A stretch of 64,000 nt of DNA, from NCBI GenBank assembly GCA_041640575.1, contig JBEPZZ010000005.1, forward strand, positions 10,368 to 74,367, written 5' to 3'. Origin of the DNA: Pseudothermotoga sp. (lineage in GTDB: Bacteria; Thermotogota; Thermotogae; Thermotogales; DSM-5069). The notes under the pieces were generated by a model that was not told the DNA's origin, searched no databases, and was given only the letters and a program-made list of their open reading frames with translations. Positions 9,649 through 19,071 of this stretch are shown in pieces. Every line of letters begins with the position of its first letter. Within the stretch, counting starts at the first letter, position 1. The position numbers and the translations under genes were made by a program.

Positions 9649-10346
9649 CTGTTACCGCCTCCAGAAAGGAAAGATTCAGATGACCAGCTGGCCGGGTAGA
9701 TCTTTTCAACGGGTTTTATCAAAGATTCACCAATGGTTACTATCTGAGGTTTACCGCGTACATACCATCTTTGCCTGCTTGTTTGTGCAGGTGAAGCCGA
9801 AGGAGTTCGACAAAGATTAGACCTTAGAACAGGAACAAAATTGTTTTCGGTTTTGTAACCAAGTTCAGCTAAATAATCTGCTTCTGCTGTTGGAAGATTG
9901 AAATAATAGTTTCTGCACATTCCAAGATGAACACCTGCTTCGAAAATTCTGTGTGCATTTGTTCCGTCAAACTCAATGTATGTCACATCATACAGGCGTA
10001 GAATGACGTTGCCAGATTGCGCTAACTTATCGTATGTTGATTTAGATAAATCCCAGAAAGCAAACACGAGAGTTGGATTAACCGCAAGCAAAATCAATCG
10101 GTCTGAACAATAAAAGCTAGGAATTTCAGAAACCGTTCGCACTTGCTCCTGTATTTTCGAGGTAACTGAGTACACTTTTTGTTCACTCTTGTCTAGTAAC
10201 TCTGCATAATCAGAAAGAAGTTTGTAAACTTCTTGTTTCTTCATTCTTTTTTTGACCTTCAGACCTAACTTTCGTGCCAAAGATTTTGCTTTTTGGATGG
10301 TTGGCTGGGATGAGAGAAAATTGAAAAGTTCTTCACGCGTCATCAC
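9645..10346 (-). CDS. DUF4912 protein with Rho-N-like N-terminus
   Basis: LILLAVNPTLVFAFWD, LRLYDVTYIEFDG, YLAELG, LRSNLCRTP; overlaps the GH57 start. Confidence 0.8.
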   Translation of the reverse strand: MMTREELFNFLSSQPTIQKAKSLARKLGLKVKKRMKKQEVYKLLSDYAELLDKSEQKVYSVTSKIQEQVRTVSEIPSFYCSDRLILLAVNPTLVFAFWDLSKSTYDKLAQSGNVILRLYDVTYIEFDGTNAHRIFEAGVHLGMCRNYYFNLPTAEADYLAELGYKTENNFVPVLRSNLCRTPSASPAQTSRQRWYVRGKPQIVTIGESLIKPVEKIYPASWSSESFLSGGGNR

Positions 10347-10379
10347 TGACGCCTCCTTTTTAGAAAATGTTTACAAATT

Positions 10380-10425
10380 ATTCTAGCACAATCTGGTTTT
10401 GTTGTAAACTAACGAAAACTAATGA
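10380..10425 (-). promoter_or_regulatory. Sigma70-type promoter TTTACA-N17-TAGAAT (extended -10 TG) with a 10-bp tandem repeat overlapping the -35
   Basis: + strand ATTCTA 10380-10385 and TGTAAA 10403-10408; AAACTAACGA/AAACTAATGA at 10406-10425. Confidence 0.65.
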
Positions 10426-10537
10426 TTAAAAAAGCAAAAACAAAAAAGTCGAAACTTTTCACAGATATTAGCAAAATTTCGCCATTAACCGTTCAAAATA
10501 AATGGTTGTTTCTAACACTATTGATCGTTTTGTCACA

Positions 10538-12211
10538 TTAGTCAAACTCTCGAACTATTTGCTCCACGGAAAGCGGTGTCACAAATACAGTGCTGTAATG
10601 TGTATAAAGAACCAAACCAGGTGGGGACCCTTTGGGTTTGTGGACGTTTTTTACTTCTGTGTAATCAACGGGAACATTACTTGAATATCTAGCTCCAGAA
10701 TAGTAAGCAGCAAGACTAGCGGCAAAACGAATAACAGATTCGGAGGGAATTTTGTCTTCAACCTTGATAAAAACATGAGCTCCTGGCATCTCATGTGCAT
10801 GTAGCCAAATGTCTTTATCATTTGAGCTTCTGAGCAGTTCCTCATTTTGTTTGTTGTTTTTGCCAACAAAGATCTTAAATCCTTCATATTCGAATTTTCT
10901 AAAAGAACTCTTCTCAGAAGCAAATCTGTTTGTTGCTTTTTTCTCGCGTTTTGCAGAGAGTTGTTCCTTAATTTCCTCAAGTTTTCTCAAATCTTGAACA
11001 GTCTCTATTTGAATCTTCAAAGCTCTAAGATAGTCCAGCTTTTCAATAGCCTGCTTTATCCTCATTTGAAGAACAGGAAGCTTTTCCTTCATTTTCTTAT
11101 AAAGTTCGAAATAATACTGCGAACTTTCCCTAACGGATTTGTTGTTAACAAGGGGAACCAATATCTTTTCCCCCGTGTTCCAGTCAAATACAAGCACTTG
11201 GTTACCGCGTCTGTCTTGCTCTGATGCATACTTTAAAAGCTCGCCAAATCTAAGATACTCATCCTTTTTTTCGCATTCCAACGTTTCCTTTTCAAGAGAT
11301 TCTATGAGTTTTTCTTCTTTCGTCATCATTTCTTGAACAACTTTGGTCAATTCTTCCGAAAGCTTCTTTATTTTCTGTTGCCTTATTTCGGTCCTGAAAA
11401 GATCGTCAACGGTCTTTGATGGACTTTCAAAACATGTAATCTTATGTGCATGTGAAAAAGTTAGGGGAATTGCAGATAAAACAAATTTATTGTCCACAGA
11501 ATAAACACAAACAAAAGATTTATGGAAATCATTAATAACAGAAAAAAAGGAATGCTTTAAAAGTGCTTTCTCTCTTTCTGAAAAAGCCGAGATGGGTAGG
11601 TCAGTTAGACCAGCACGGCTGAGAACCTCATTCACTAAGATTCTTGAAAAACCATAGAAATTCTTTTGTAGAAAAGTAGAAACCTTTTCCGGACAGTCGA
11701 AGTCAGAAAAAGCTTCATATCCAATTTTAAGTGGATTAAATCTCTGATTTGGCAAGCAGTAAGGCTCTCCTTTAGCAATGCGTCGACCGCCAGCAGTTGT
11801 TTGTCTGAAACAATCGATGACAAAACCACTTTCGACCAGGATCAAATTGCTATGAGTTCCAAAGAGTTCTACAAAAAGCTTGTACTCATGCTTTTCACCA
11901 ATCTCGTTTACTTTGCTAAAAGTAAAAATCAGCACCCTGTCTAATTCATACTGCTCTACATCTACAAGTCTTGCATTCCTCAGCTTAGACCTCAACATCA
12001 TTACAAAACTGGAGGGGTGATGATCAGAAAAATCCTCTTTTTCGGTTAAGCAAACATGTTGTAAAGGTGCTTCTAAACAGACTCTCACAACTCCAGTTTC
12101 AAAATAAAGGTATACGATGAGTTTTCCGTATTGGTATACTTGCCTCAGATGCTCGGATTTCAATTTTTGCAGTTCACTAACTACCTTCTGAAGGACAAAA
12201 CCATCCAGCAA
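10538..12211 (-). CDS. rqcH: NFACT-family ribosome quality control protein (RqcH/FbpA-like)
   Basis: N-terminal MLDG, PSSFVMMLR, DRVL, ELFG; coiled coil; C-terminal VGKNNKQNE, DIWLHA..PGAHV, VDYT. Confidence 0.88.
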   Translation of the reverse strand: MLDGFVLQKVVSELQKLKSEHLRQVYQYGKLIVYLYFETGVVRVCLEAPLQHVCLTEKEDFSDHHPSSFVMMLRSKLRNARLVDVEQYELDRVLIFTFSKVNEIGEKHEYKLFVELFGTHSNLILVESGFVIDCFRQTTAGGRRIAKGEPYCLPNQRFNPLKIGYEAFSDFDCPEKVSTFLQKNFYGFSRILVNEVLSRAGLTDLPISAFSEREKALLKHSFFSVINDFHKSFVCVYSVDNKFVLSAIPLTFSHAHKITCFESPSKTVDDLFRTEIRQQKIKKLSEELTKVVQEMMTKEEKLIESLEKETLECEKKDEYLRFGELLKYASEQDRRGNQVLVFDWNTGEKILVPLVNNKSVRESSQYYFELYKKMKEKLPVLQMRIKQAIEKLDYLRALKIQIETVQDLRKLEEIKEQLSAKREKKATNRFASEKSSFRKFEYEGFKIFVGKNNKQNEELLRSSNDKDIWLHAHEMPGAHVFIKVEDKIPSESVIRFAASLAAYYSGARYSSNVPVDYTEVKNVHKPKGSPPGLVLYTHYSTVFVTPLSVEQIVREFD

Positions 12212-12213
12212 CT

Positions 12214-13062
12214 TTACATCTCCCCAAGCAGTGATTTAACTAAGGCAATTTCCTTGCGGTACATGTCTTCTTCTTGAGGTGTTTCAAGGATTAGTGAGAT
12301 TTTTCGAATTTCCTCGAAACTCAGAAAGCATTTGAAGCCTTCTATTCCTATAGTACCCTTGCCTATATTTTCATGACGGTCCAGTGGCTTACCAAGTGGT
12401 GCCTTGGAATCGTTAAGATGAATCATTTTAACGCGCCAAAAACCAACTTCTTGCTCTATTTCGTTCAGGAGTCTTTTGACACCATCTTTGTTTGTGATAT
12501 CATATCCGGCATCAAAACCATGGCAGGTGTCATAAGTGAGAAATACTCGAGAAGGTTTCGAAACTTTTTCTAAAATAGCCCTCATCTGTCTGAAATTGTA
12601 ACCTATGTTCCCTCCCTTTGGGGATGTGTTTTCTAACAGAACATACACGTCTTCTATCTTTTGCAAGAACAGGTCCAAGGCCCTTGCTATGTTATCAATA
12701 CCTATTTCCATTCCAGCACCCGTGTGACTGCCTGGATGAACGTTGAGATATTTAAGTCCCAAGGCTTCACAAATCTTTCCTTCAAGTATGAACAACTGAA
12801 CAGATTTTTCCCAAACGTCTTTTTGCGGACTAGCCAGATTCATTAAAAAGCCTGTGTGACAAAACGCATCGTCAAAGGATATACCAAATTTTTTCATTTC
12901 CATCTTGAAGGCATCTGCAACTTGTTTGGGTGGGATTTTCGCACTCCAAGTTCTGGGACTATGTGGAAAAATTTGAAAAGCGTTTCCACCAGCTTCAGTA
13001 GTAATTCTTGGAACTTCCTCGAAACCATTAGATATTGGCATATGGGCGCCAATTCTTATCAT
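12214..13062 (-). CDS. nfo: Endonuclease IV
   Basis: IGAHM, NVHPGS, LLENT, DTCH, HLNDSK, DRHENIG, ILETP metal ligands. Confidence 0.95.
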   Translation of the reverse strand: MIRIGAHMPISNGFEEVPRITTEAGGNAFQIFPHSPRTWSAKIPPKQVADAFKMEMKKFGISFDDAFCHTGFLMNLASPQKDVWEKSVQLFILEGKICEALGLKYLNVHPGSHTGAGMEIGIDNIARALDLFLQKIEDVYVLLENTSPKGGNIGYNFRQMRAILEKVSKPSRVFLTYDTCHGFDAGYDITNKDGVKRLLNEIEQEVGFWRVKMIHLNDSKAPLGKPLDRHENIGKGTIGIEGFKCFLSFEEIRKISLILETPQEEDMYRKEIALVKSLLGEM

Positions 13063-13105
13063 GCAGAATCACCAAAATGATGATAACATAATTGTGGTGA
13101 TTGAA

Positions 13106-13894
13106 TTGATCTACATCGGCACAAGTGGTTACTCTTTCCAAGACTGGATTGGAACTGTCTATCCTAAGGATATGAAGAACTCTGATATGCTGACTTATTA
13201 TTTTGGAGCGCTCGGTTTTAAAGCTGTTGAAATCAATTACACATATTACAGATTGCCGAGTTATAAAACAACTGTATCGATGCTTCGAAAAACACCTTCA
13301 GACTTTGTTTTTACATTAAAGTTATCCGCCTCTGTGACGCATGAAGGATGGAAAAACTCCTCTATCCCACGTGAAGAACTAGGAAAAATTTTACAGGCAG
13401 TTCAGCCAATGATAGATGAAGGGCGCCTAAAAGCCTTTTTAGCGCAGTTTCCTTACAGTTTTAAATATAACAAACAAAACTTGGATTACCTGGTAAAGCT
13501 TAGACATGCAATAAACCAGCCTATAGCGGTGGAGTTCAGACACGCTTCATGGGACAATGAGGAGACCTTTGAACTTTTACGAAAGAATGATTTAATCTAT
13601 GTCGTTGTTGATGAACCACAGATAAAATCTCTTTTCCCATACAAACCTCTATGGACGACTAAGATAGCATACTTTAGATTCCACGGCAGAAGTAAAGAGT
13701 GGTTCACTGCAGCCGAGGGTGAAAGATACAATTATGACTATAGCGAAGAAGAACTTTCAAAGTTTGAGAGAGATATCGTCGCGATAAGCAAAGAAGTACA
13801 GGATGTATTTGCTTTCTTCAACAACTGTTACCGGGGAAAAGCTGTCAAAAATGCTCTTTCCTTAAGTAAGATGATTGAAAGAAAACTTTTCTGA
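13106..13894 (+). CDS. DUF72 (YecE-like) protein
   Basis: IYIGTSGYS..DW, VEINYTYY, QFPYSF, AVEFRH, YFRFHGR, FFNN; TTG start at 13106 behind GGTGA. Confidence 0.9.
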   Translation: MIYIGTSGYSFQDWIGTVYPKDMKNSDMLTYYFGALGFKAVEINYTYYRLPSYKTTVSMLRKTPSDFVFTLKLSASVTHEGWKNSSIPREELGKILQAVQPMIDEGRLKAFLAQFPYSFKYNKQNLDYLVKLRHAINQPIAVEFRHASWDNEETFELLRKNDLIYVVVDEPQIKSLFPYKPLWTTKIAYFRFHGRSKEWFTAAEGERYNYDYSEEELSKFERDIVAISKEVQDVFAFFNNCYRGKAVKNALSLSKMIERKLF

Positions 13895-14009
13895 ACTTTA
13901 AGTGTAATTTTTAGAACAAACTTACCAATCAGAAAGTCGCATGGTTACTCGTTTTCAGCTTTCTCCCATAAGGGGATTTAAAAAATTACTTTCAAAAATA
14001 TTAGTTTGT

Positions 14010-14038
14010 TTGACGACTTTTCTCTTAATTCGTATAAT
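14010..14038 (+). promoter_or_regulatory. Sigma70-type promoter of acpP
   Basis: TTGACG-N17-TATAAT, 34 bp upstream of the ATG. Confidence 0.8.
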
Positions 14039-14071
14039 AGCTGCGAACTATAACAACTTGGAGGGGTCAAA

Positions 14072-14311
14072 ATGAATAGGCAAGAAGTTCTCCAAAAAGT
14101 AACTAAGATCATAGCTGAAAAACTCGGGGTATCGGAATCTGAAGTTAAGGAAACAAGCAATCTCACAGAGGATTTAAACGCGGATTCGCTGGACTTAGTT
14201 GACCTTGTTATGGCAGTCGAAGAGAACTTTGCTGTCAAGATACAAGATTCAGATCTTGAGAAAATCTCCACTGTGAAGGATGTCGTGGATTATATCGTCT
14301 CCAAATCCTGA
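14072..14311 (+). CDS. acpP: Acyl carrier protein
   Basis: Small acidic protein, DLNADSLDLVDLVMAVEE phosphopantetheine motif, GGAGG RBS. Confidence 0.96.
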   Translation: MNRQEVLQKVTKIIAEKLGVSESEVKETSNLTEDLNADSLDLVDLVMAVEENFAVKIQDSDLEKISTVKDVVDYIVSKS

Positions 14312-14328
14312 GGGGATTTCTCCCCTCA
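14309..14328. terminator. Hairpin between convergent acpP and beta-propeller genes
   Basis: TGAGGGGA-tttc-TCCCCTCA 8-bp stem; no U tract. Confidence 0.55.
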
Positions 14329-15330
14329 TGAAATTGAAAAGAAATAAAGTTCACCGCTGTCTGAGCAAAGAACAACAAAACTATTTCGGCCTGTCTGAAC
14401 CATATCAATTGCGTAGGTTCCAACGTTAATGGTTTCGATTCTGTTGTTCAAAAGATCTATGAAGTAAAGTTCACCCGGAAGATGATTGAGGGCTATCAAT
14501 TTTTTCCCCACATTTAAAATTTTGTGAGTAGTACCAGCAAGCTTTATTTGCTTAATTAACTTTCCATCATGTGATACTAAGCTAATCACTGGATCCAACA
14601 AACTTGTCACAGCTATAAAATCATCGCTAACCACAAAATCCCTGGCATAATCTGGTAAATTGATCCTCCAAAGTTCTTTGTCATCTTTTAAACACACCAG
14701 TATCCCATCTGTATATCCAAGCAAAAATTCTTTGTCAACGTGCTTGTAATACTTCAAAGGATTCCTCAAGTTTTTAAGACTTATCACTTGCCTTTTTGAG
14801 CCTTCTCTGATTTCAAATGTCTTATCGTTGTCGAAATAATACATGTAAAAAATCTTACCGTTCAAAACTTCAAAATATAGTGTGCTTGAATCAAAAGCCA
14901 ACTTTTCCTCGACGACTTTTCTCCATATGTTTATTTTGTACACAGAATTATCACCGGAACATACAACATAAACGTTGTCTCTAAAAACTCTCAAAGTTGT
15001 TGGATATCGACCCACATCGATCCTTTTCAAGAAAGCACCAGACGTGGTGTAAACCATAACGCTTGATCGGTAATAATCAGAAACATAAACCATTCCAGCG
15101 ACATGGATAGCACTCACCGGATAAGACAAATTCAGCGTTATTTCACTCAATAGCATGCCGCTTTCATCAAAGACCAAAACCGATGCGGGTTTCGAGCGAA
15201 CCAAGCACAGGATTCCGTCATTAAACGACAACCTACTATAACCTTCTGATATTTTCACGATTCTGAAATTGTAAGCAAATGATGAAACGAAAATTAGTAA
15301 GATGAACAGAAGCAAAACCTTATTCTTCAA
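14326..15330 (-). CDS. Secreted YncE/YVTN-like beta-propeller protein
   Basis: Signal peptide ending SFA; repeats such as VYVSDY, RIDVGRYP, VYVVCSGDNSV, TINVGTYA. Confidence 0.7.
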   Translation of the reverse strand: MKNKVLLLFILLIFVSSFAYNFRIVKISEGYSRLSFNDGILCLVRSKPASVLVFDESGMLLSEITLNLSYPVSAIHVAGMVYVSDYYRSSVMVYTTSGAFLKRIDVGRYPTTLRVFRDNVYVVCSGDNSVYKINIWRKVVEEKLAFDSSTLYFEVLNGKIFYMYYFDNDKTFEIREGSKRQVISLKNLRNPLKYYKHVDKEFLLGYTDGILVCLKDDKELWRINLPDYARDFVVSDDFIAVTSLLDPVISLVSHDGKLIKQIKLAGTTHKILNVGKKLIALNHLPGELYFIDLLNNRIETINVGTYAIDMVQTGRNSFVVLCSDSGELYFFSIS

Positions 15331-16229
15331 ATTCTATATGCCCCCGCCAGTACGATTAGCGCGAAAACGACATTCAGTAATGAGAAGATCTGAACCACTC
15401 TCTCTTCGTTCCAACCAAGTAGTTCAAAATGATGGTGCAATGGCGACATTTTGAAAACGCGACGCTTGAATAATTTGTAACTGAGAACTTGTATCATTAC
15501 GCTCAAAACTTCTGCTATAAAGATAGGTGACAGAAGCACTAAAAAGAGTTCGGTCTTTGTCCTCACGGCAATTGCGGCAAGCAAACCACCTAAGGCGAGC
15601 GCACCAGTATCGCCCATGAAAATTTTTGCGGGTTTTATGTTGTACAACAAGAATGCAGCAACAGTCATAATACTGTAGAGCAATGAATCAGCCTCAAAAT
15701 TGAGAAGAACCCAGTAAGGGAAAGCAGTAAGAATATAAACTGTTCCAGCAAGACCATCGAGACCATCTGTCAGATTGACAGCATTACTGAAACCACTTAT
15801 CAAAAACGCTGCAAAAACTGGGTAAAACCATCCAAGATCAATTTTTCCTATCCAGGGTACAATAACGTAATGAGCCGGCTTTATAATCAGATATAAGACC
15901 AGTGAGAAAATAACTTGTAATAGGAACTTCTGCCATGCTCTTAGCCCCAAAGATTTCTTACGGCGTATACTTAAGAAGTCATCTAAGAAACCAATTATTC
16001 CAAACATACCAAGCGATAATGCATCCACATAAAAGCCAGATGCCAAACATCCTATTGCTGCTATTGATACAAAGAGTACACCCCCCATCGTTGGTGTTCC
16101 AGCTTTGTAGTTATGAAGATCAGGCCCTTCTTCCCTTATAAACTGACCTACTTTCCATTTTTTAAAAGCTTTAATGAGAAATGGATAAGAGAAAACGACC
16201 AGGATGAACATTAGCAAGGATTTGAGCAT
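15327..16229 (-). CDS. mraY: Phospho-N-acetylmuramoyl-pentapeptide transferase
   Basis: KAGTPTMGG, GFLDD, NAVNLTDGLDG, FMGDTG, PLHHHFE. Confidence 0.97.
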   Translation of the reverse strand: MLKSLLMFILVVFSYPFLIKAFKKWKVGQFIREEGPDLHNYKAGTPTMGGVLFVSIAAIGCLASGFYVDALSLGMFGIIGFLDDFLSIRRKKSLGLRAWQKFLLQVIFSLVLYLIIKPAHYVIVPWIGKIDLGWFYPVFAAFLISGFSNAVNLTDGLDGLAGTVYILTAFPYWVLLNFEADSLLYSIMTVAAFLLYNIKPAKIFMGDTGALALGGLLAAIAVRTKTELFLVLLSPIFIAEVLSVMIQVLSYKLFKRRVFKMSPLHHHFELLGWNEERVVQIFSLLNVVFALIVLAGAYRI

Positions 16230-17497
16230 CCACATACCTCCAAGAATCTTTGCAGGACTTTCTCCATTTCAATGGCTCTCGAAGCTTTGAATAATACGGC
16301 ATCACCAGTAGTGAGAACTCTGCACAGTGAATCAACAATTCTCTCGATATCGGAAGTTCTGAGGATCTCCTTTGAGCACCTCATCACTTCGATTTCATGG
16401 TCTTTAGTGTAGACAAATACCCCATCTATCTGCTCTAAAATTCTGCCAAGTTCCAGATGTGTCTTTTCAGAAAAAACTCCTTGTTCTTTTATTGATCCAA
16501 CAACTGCGAAAGTTCTTTTTCCAATCCTCTTTATAGTATCAACAGCGACTTGGAAAGATTCCAAACTCGCATTGTAACTGTCGTCGAAAACATAAACACC
16601 TTTACATTCAACGCATTTGAACCTTCCAGACATAGGGGTGAAATTCTTGAGTCGCTCAATATTGATATGAAAGCCCAGAGTATCAACGACAGCGAAAGCA
16701 GCTGCAAGGTTTGTCAGCTGGCCAACATTAAAGACATAAGGCAACTCTACCTCAACATTTGTTTTCCTCAAAGAATACCTTGCACGTGTTTTCAAACCGA
16801 AATATTCAAAGGAGAGTAATTGGTAATCACCCTTTAAATAGCCAAAAGTGACGAAATTCTTACCAACTAGTTTAGAAACAAAGCGCTCATCCTCAAGAAC
16901 AACAGCCGTGCCATCGAGCATCATGTTTTCAATTATCTCAAACTTTCCGCGCAGAATTGCTTCTTCGCCTCCGGCGATTCCGCGGTGCGCGGTACCAGCG
17001 TTTAGCAAAACTGCTATTTTTGGTTTGACTATTTCACATAATTTTGCTATGTCTCCGACCTTGTTCATTGCCATTTCAAGGATCACTATTCTCTGACCAG
17101 AATAATCATTAAGTATTGACAAAGGAAGGCCAATTTCTGTGTTCAAATTACCAGCATTTCGAAAAGCATCAAGAGGTTCAAGAAGGTGAAAGATAATTTC
17201 TTTTGTCATTGTTTTGCCATTTGAACCTGTTATACCTATAACTAACGGATTACTTCTCAACAATTTTTCGCGTGCGGCATGAACAAGAAAATTAGAAGTG
17301 CTTGGAACTACTAACAACTTATCTAAAGGAGCATCAACATTCTTCTCGACAACAGCCAATTTCGCGCCTTTTTCTAATGCTTCTTTTACATAAAGATGTC
17401 CATCTGTTTTTTCACCTTTAAGAGCAACAAAAACACAGCCCGGAACAATCTTTCTCGAATCAATTACGAAAGTTGCGTTATGCAAAAGCTCAATCAT
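16211..17497 (-). CDS. murF: UDP-MurNAc-tripeptide--D-Ala-D-Ala ligase
   Basis: DSRKI, DGHLY, GITGSNGKT, GNLNTEIGLP, DDSYNA, KASRA. Confidence 0.95.
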   Translation of the reverse strand: MIELLHNATFVIDSRKIVPGCVFVALKGEKTDGHLYVKEALEKGAKLAVVEKNVDAPLDKLLVVPSTSNFLVHAAREKLLRSNPLVIGITGSNGKTMTKEIIFHLLEPLDAFRNAGNLNTEIGLPLSILNDYSGQRIVILEMAMNKVGDIAKLCEIVKPKIAVLLNAGTAHRGIAGGEEAILRGKFEIIENMMLDGTAVVLEDERFVSKLVGKNFVTFGYLKGDYQLLSFEYFGLKTRARYSLRKTNVEVELPYVFNVGQLTNLAAAFAVVDTLGFHINIERLKNFTPMSGRFKCVECKGVYVFDDSYNASLESFQVAVDTIKRIGKRTFAVVGSIKEQGVFSEKTHLELGRILEQIDGVFVYTKDHEIEVMRCSKEILRTSDIERIVDSLCRVLTTGDAVLFKASRAIEMEKVLQRFLEVCGCSNPC

Positions 17498-18971
17498 AAC
17501 CTTTTCCTTTCTCGGTTACTTTTTTGATCAGATTCCTTACAACTTCAGCATCTTTGAACGGTATCTTTTTTTCGTCGCTAAAGATTTGGTATTCTTCGTG
17601 GCCTCTGCCGGCTATTATTATCATATCGCCACGGTTGGCTATCGTCAGAGCAGTTTCAATCGCTTCTAACCTGTCATTTATCAAAAGGTAAGGGCAGCCT
17701 GAGGTCACGCCACGCTCAACTTGCAAAAGGATCTCGTCCGGATCTTCCCCTCTCGGATCATCAGTAGTGATAATCGTTACATCAGAATATTTGCAGACAA
17801 TCTCAGCCATCATAGGTCTTTTGCCTTTGTCCGCTTGTCCGCCTGCTCCAAAAACGGTTATTACTCTACCAGAGGCTAATCTTCGTGCAGTTATCAAGGT
17901 CTTTTCAAGAGCATCAGGGCTATGTGCAAAGTCTACAACAACATCTACACCGAGTAAACTAGCTTCGGGAATATATTGGAATCTGCCTTCAACGCCTGGA
18001 AAAGTCTTCACAGTCTCTACAACAGCAATAGGGTCATAACCTATTTCTATCAAGCCAGCAATCACAAGCGATGCATTGTAAACAAAGTGAATCCCAGGCT
18101 GACTGATTTGACAGTTGAAAGAACCAAAACGTGTTGATAGCTTAAACTTAGTCCTATATCTTTCTACTTCAACATCTGAGATTTTATAATGACTTTTTGT
18201 CGAGAAACCGTAGACCACTTTTTTAACCCTTTTATTCAGCAAATGTTCGTATTCATCACTTATCAGTGCTACACCATTGTCCTTTACCAAATCGAAAATG
18301 TGAAGCTTGGTTCTAACATAATCATCGAAATTCTGATGATAATCCAAATGGTCTCTTGTTATATTTGTAAGACCAACTATATCAAATTTAATCGACTCAA
18401 CTCTTTTCATCGCTAAAGCATGGGAAGATACTTCCATTGCAAAATATGTCCCATTTCTTTGAACAGTTTTTGCCATCGCTGACAAAGTAGTTATGGAATC
18501 CGGTGTGGTGTTGTCAAAATGGAAAGGTTTTTCACCCAAAATGTCGTAAACAACTGTACCGATCATGCTTCCTTTTAATCCCAGCTGGTTTAAAACATGA
18601 TGAAACAAGTGAACACACGTGGTTTTCCCATTAGTTCCTGTAACACCAATTGTCAAAAGCTTCTTGTAAGGTTTATCGTAAAATTCAGCGGCTAGGATCG
18701 ATTCAACGAATCTACTGTCGGGGACAATTACATGGGGGACTTTGCACGGTACAGGTCTTTCCATCACGATCAAGGCGGGATCTTTTTTCGCGATTTCTGA
18801 TACTAGTTCATGCGAGTCAAATTTACTTCCCTTGTGGCAAATGAAGATGTAACCTGGTTTAACATGCGCCGAATGGTTAGTGATTCCAAGGATCTCTCTA
18901 TCCAAAGCACCATCCAACGAAGCGTTAGTTATCATTTTATCTATCACAGCGATGATATTTCTCACGAGCAT
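17490..18971 (-). CDS. murE: UDP-MurNAc-dipeptide--lysine ligase (Thermotoga-type DDPR motif)
   Basis: GVTGTNGKTT, TTPD, MEVSSH, NITRDHLDYH, VDFAHSPD, TDDPR, GRGHE. Confidence 0.95.
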   Translation of the reverse strand: MLVRNIIAVIDKMITNASLDGALDREILGITNHSAHVKPGYIFICHKGSKFDSHELVSEIAKKDPALIVMERPVPCKVPHVIVPDSRFVESILAAEFYDKPYKKLLTIGVTGTNGKTTCVHLFHHVLNQLGLKGSMIGTVVYDILGEKPFHFDNTTPDSITTLSAMAKTVQRNGTYFAMEVSSHALAMKRVESIKFDIVGLTNITRDHLDYHQNFDDYVRTKLHIFDLVKDNGVALISDEYEHLLNKRVKKVVYGFSTKSHYKISDVEVERYRTKFKLSTRFGSFNCQISQPGIHFVYNASLVIAGLIEIGYDPIAVVETVKTFPGVEGRFQYIPEASLLGVDVVVDFAHSPDALEKTLITARRLASGRVITVFGAGGQADKGKRPMMAEIVCKYSDVTIITTDDPRGEDPDEILLQVERGVTSGCPYLLINDRLEAIETALTIANRGDMIIIAGRGHEEYQIFSDEKKIPFKDAEVVRNLIKKVTEKGKGYD

Positions 18972-19010
18972 TGGATCACCTCAGAGAAATTTTAACACCG
19001 AGTTACTGGC

Positions 19011-19039
19011 TTGACAAGCTTACGAAAAAGTGATAGGCT
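19011..19039 (+). promoter_or_regulatory. Sigma70-type promoter of the hrcA operon
   Basis: TTGACA-N17-TAGGCT with extended -10 TG at 19031-19032. Confidence 0.75.
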
Positions 19040-19043
19040 AAAA

Positions 19044-19070
19044 TTAGCACTCAGTTAAAGAGAGTGATAA
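19044..19070 (+). promoter_or_regulatory. CIRCE operator (HrcA binding site)
   Basis: TTAGCACTC-N9-GAGTGATAA, one mismatch to TTAGCACTC-N9-GAGTGCTAA, immediately before the hrcA ATG. Confidence 0.92.
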
Positions 19071-19071
19071 T

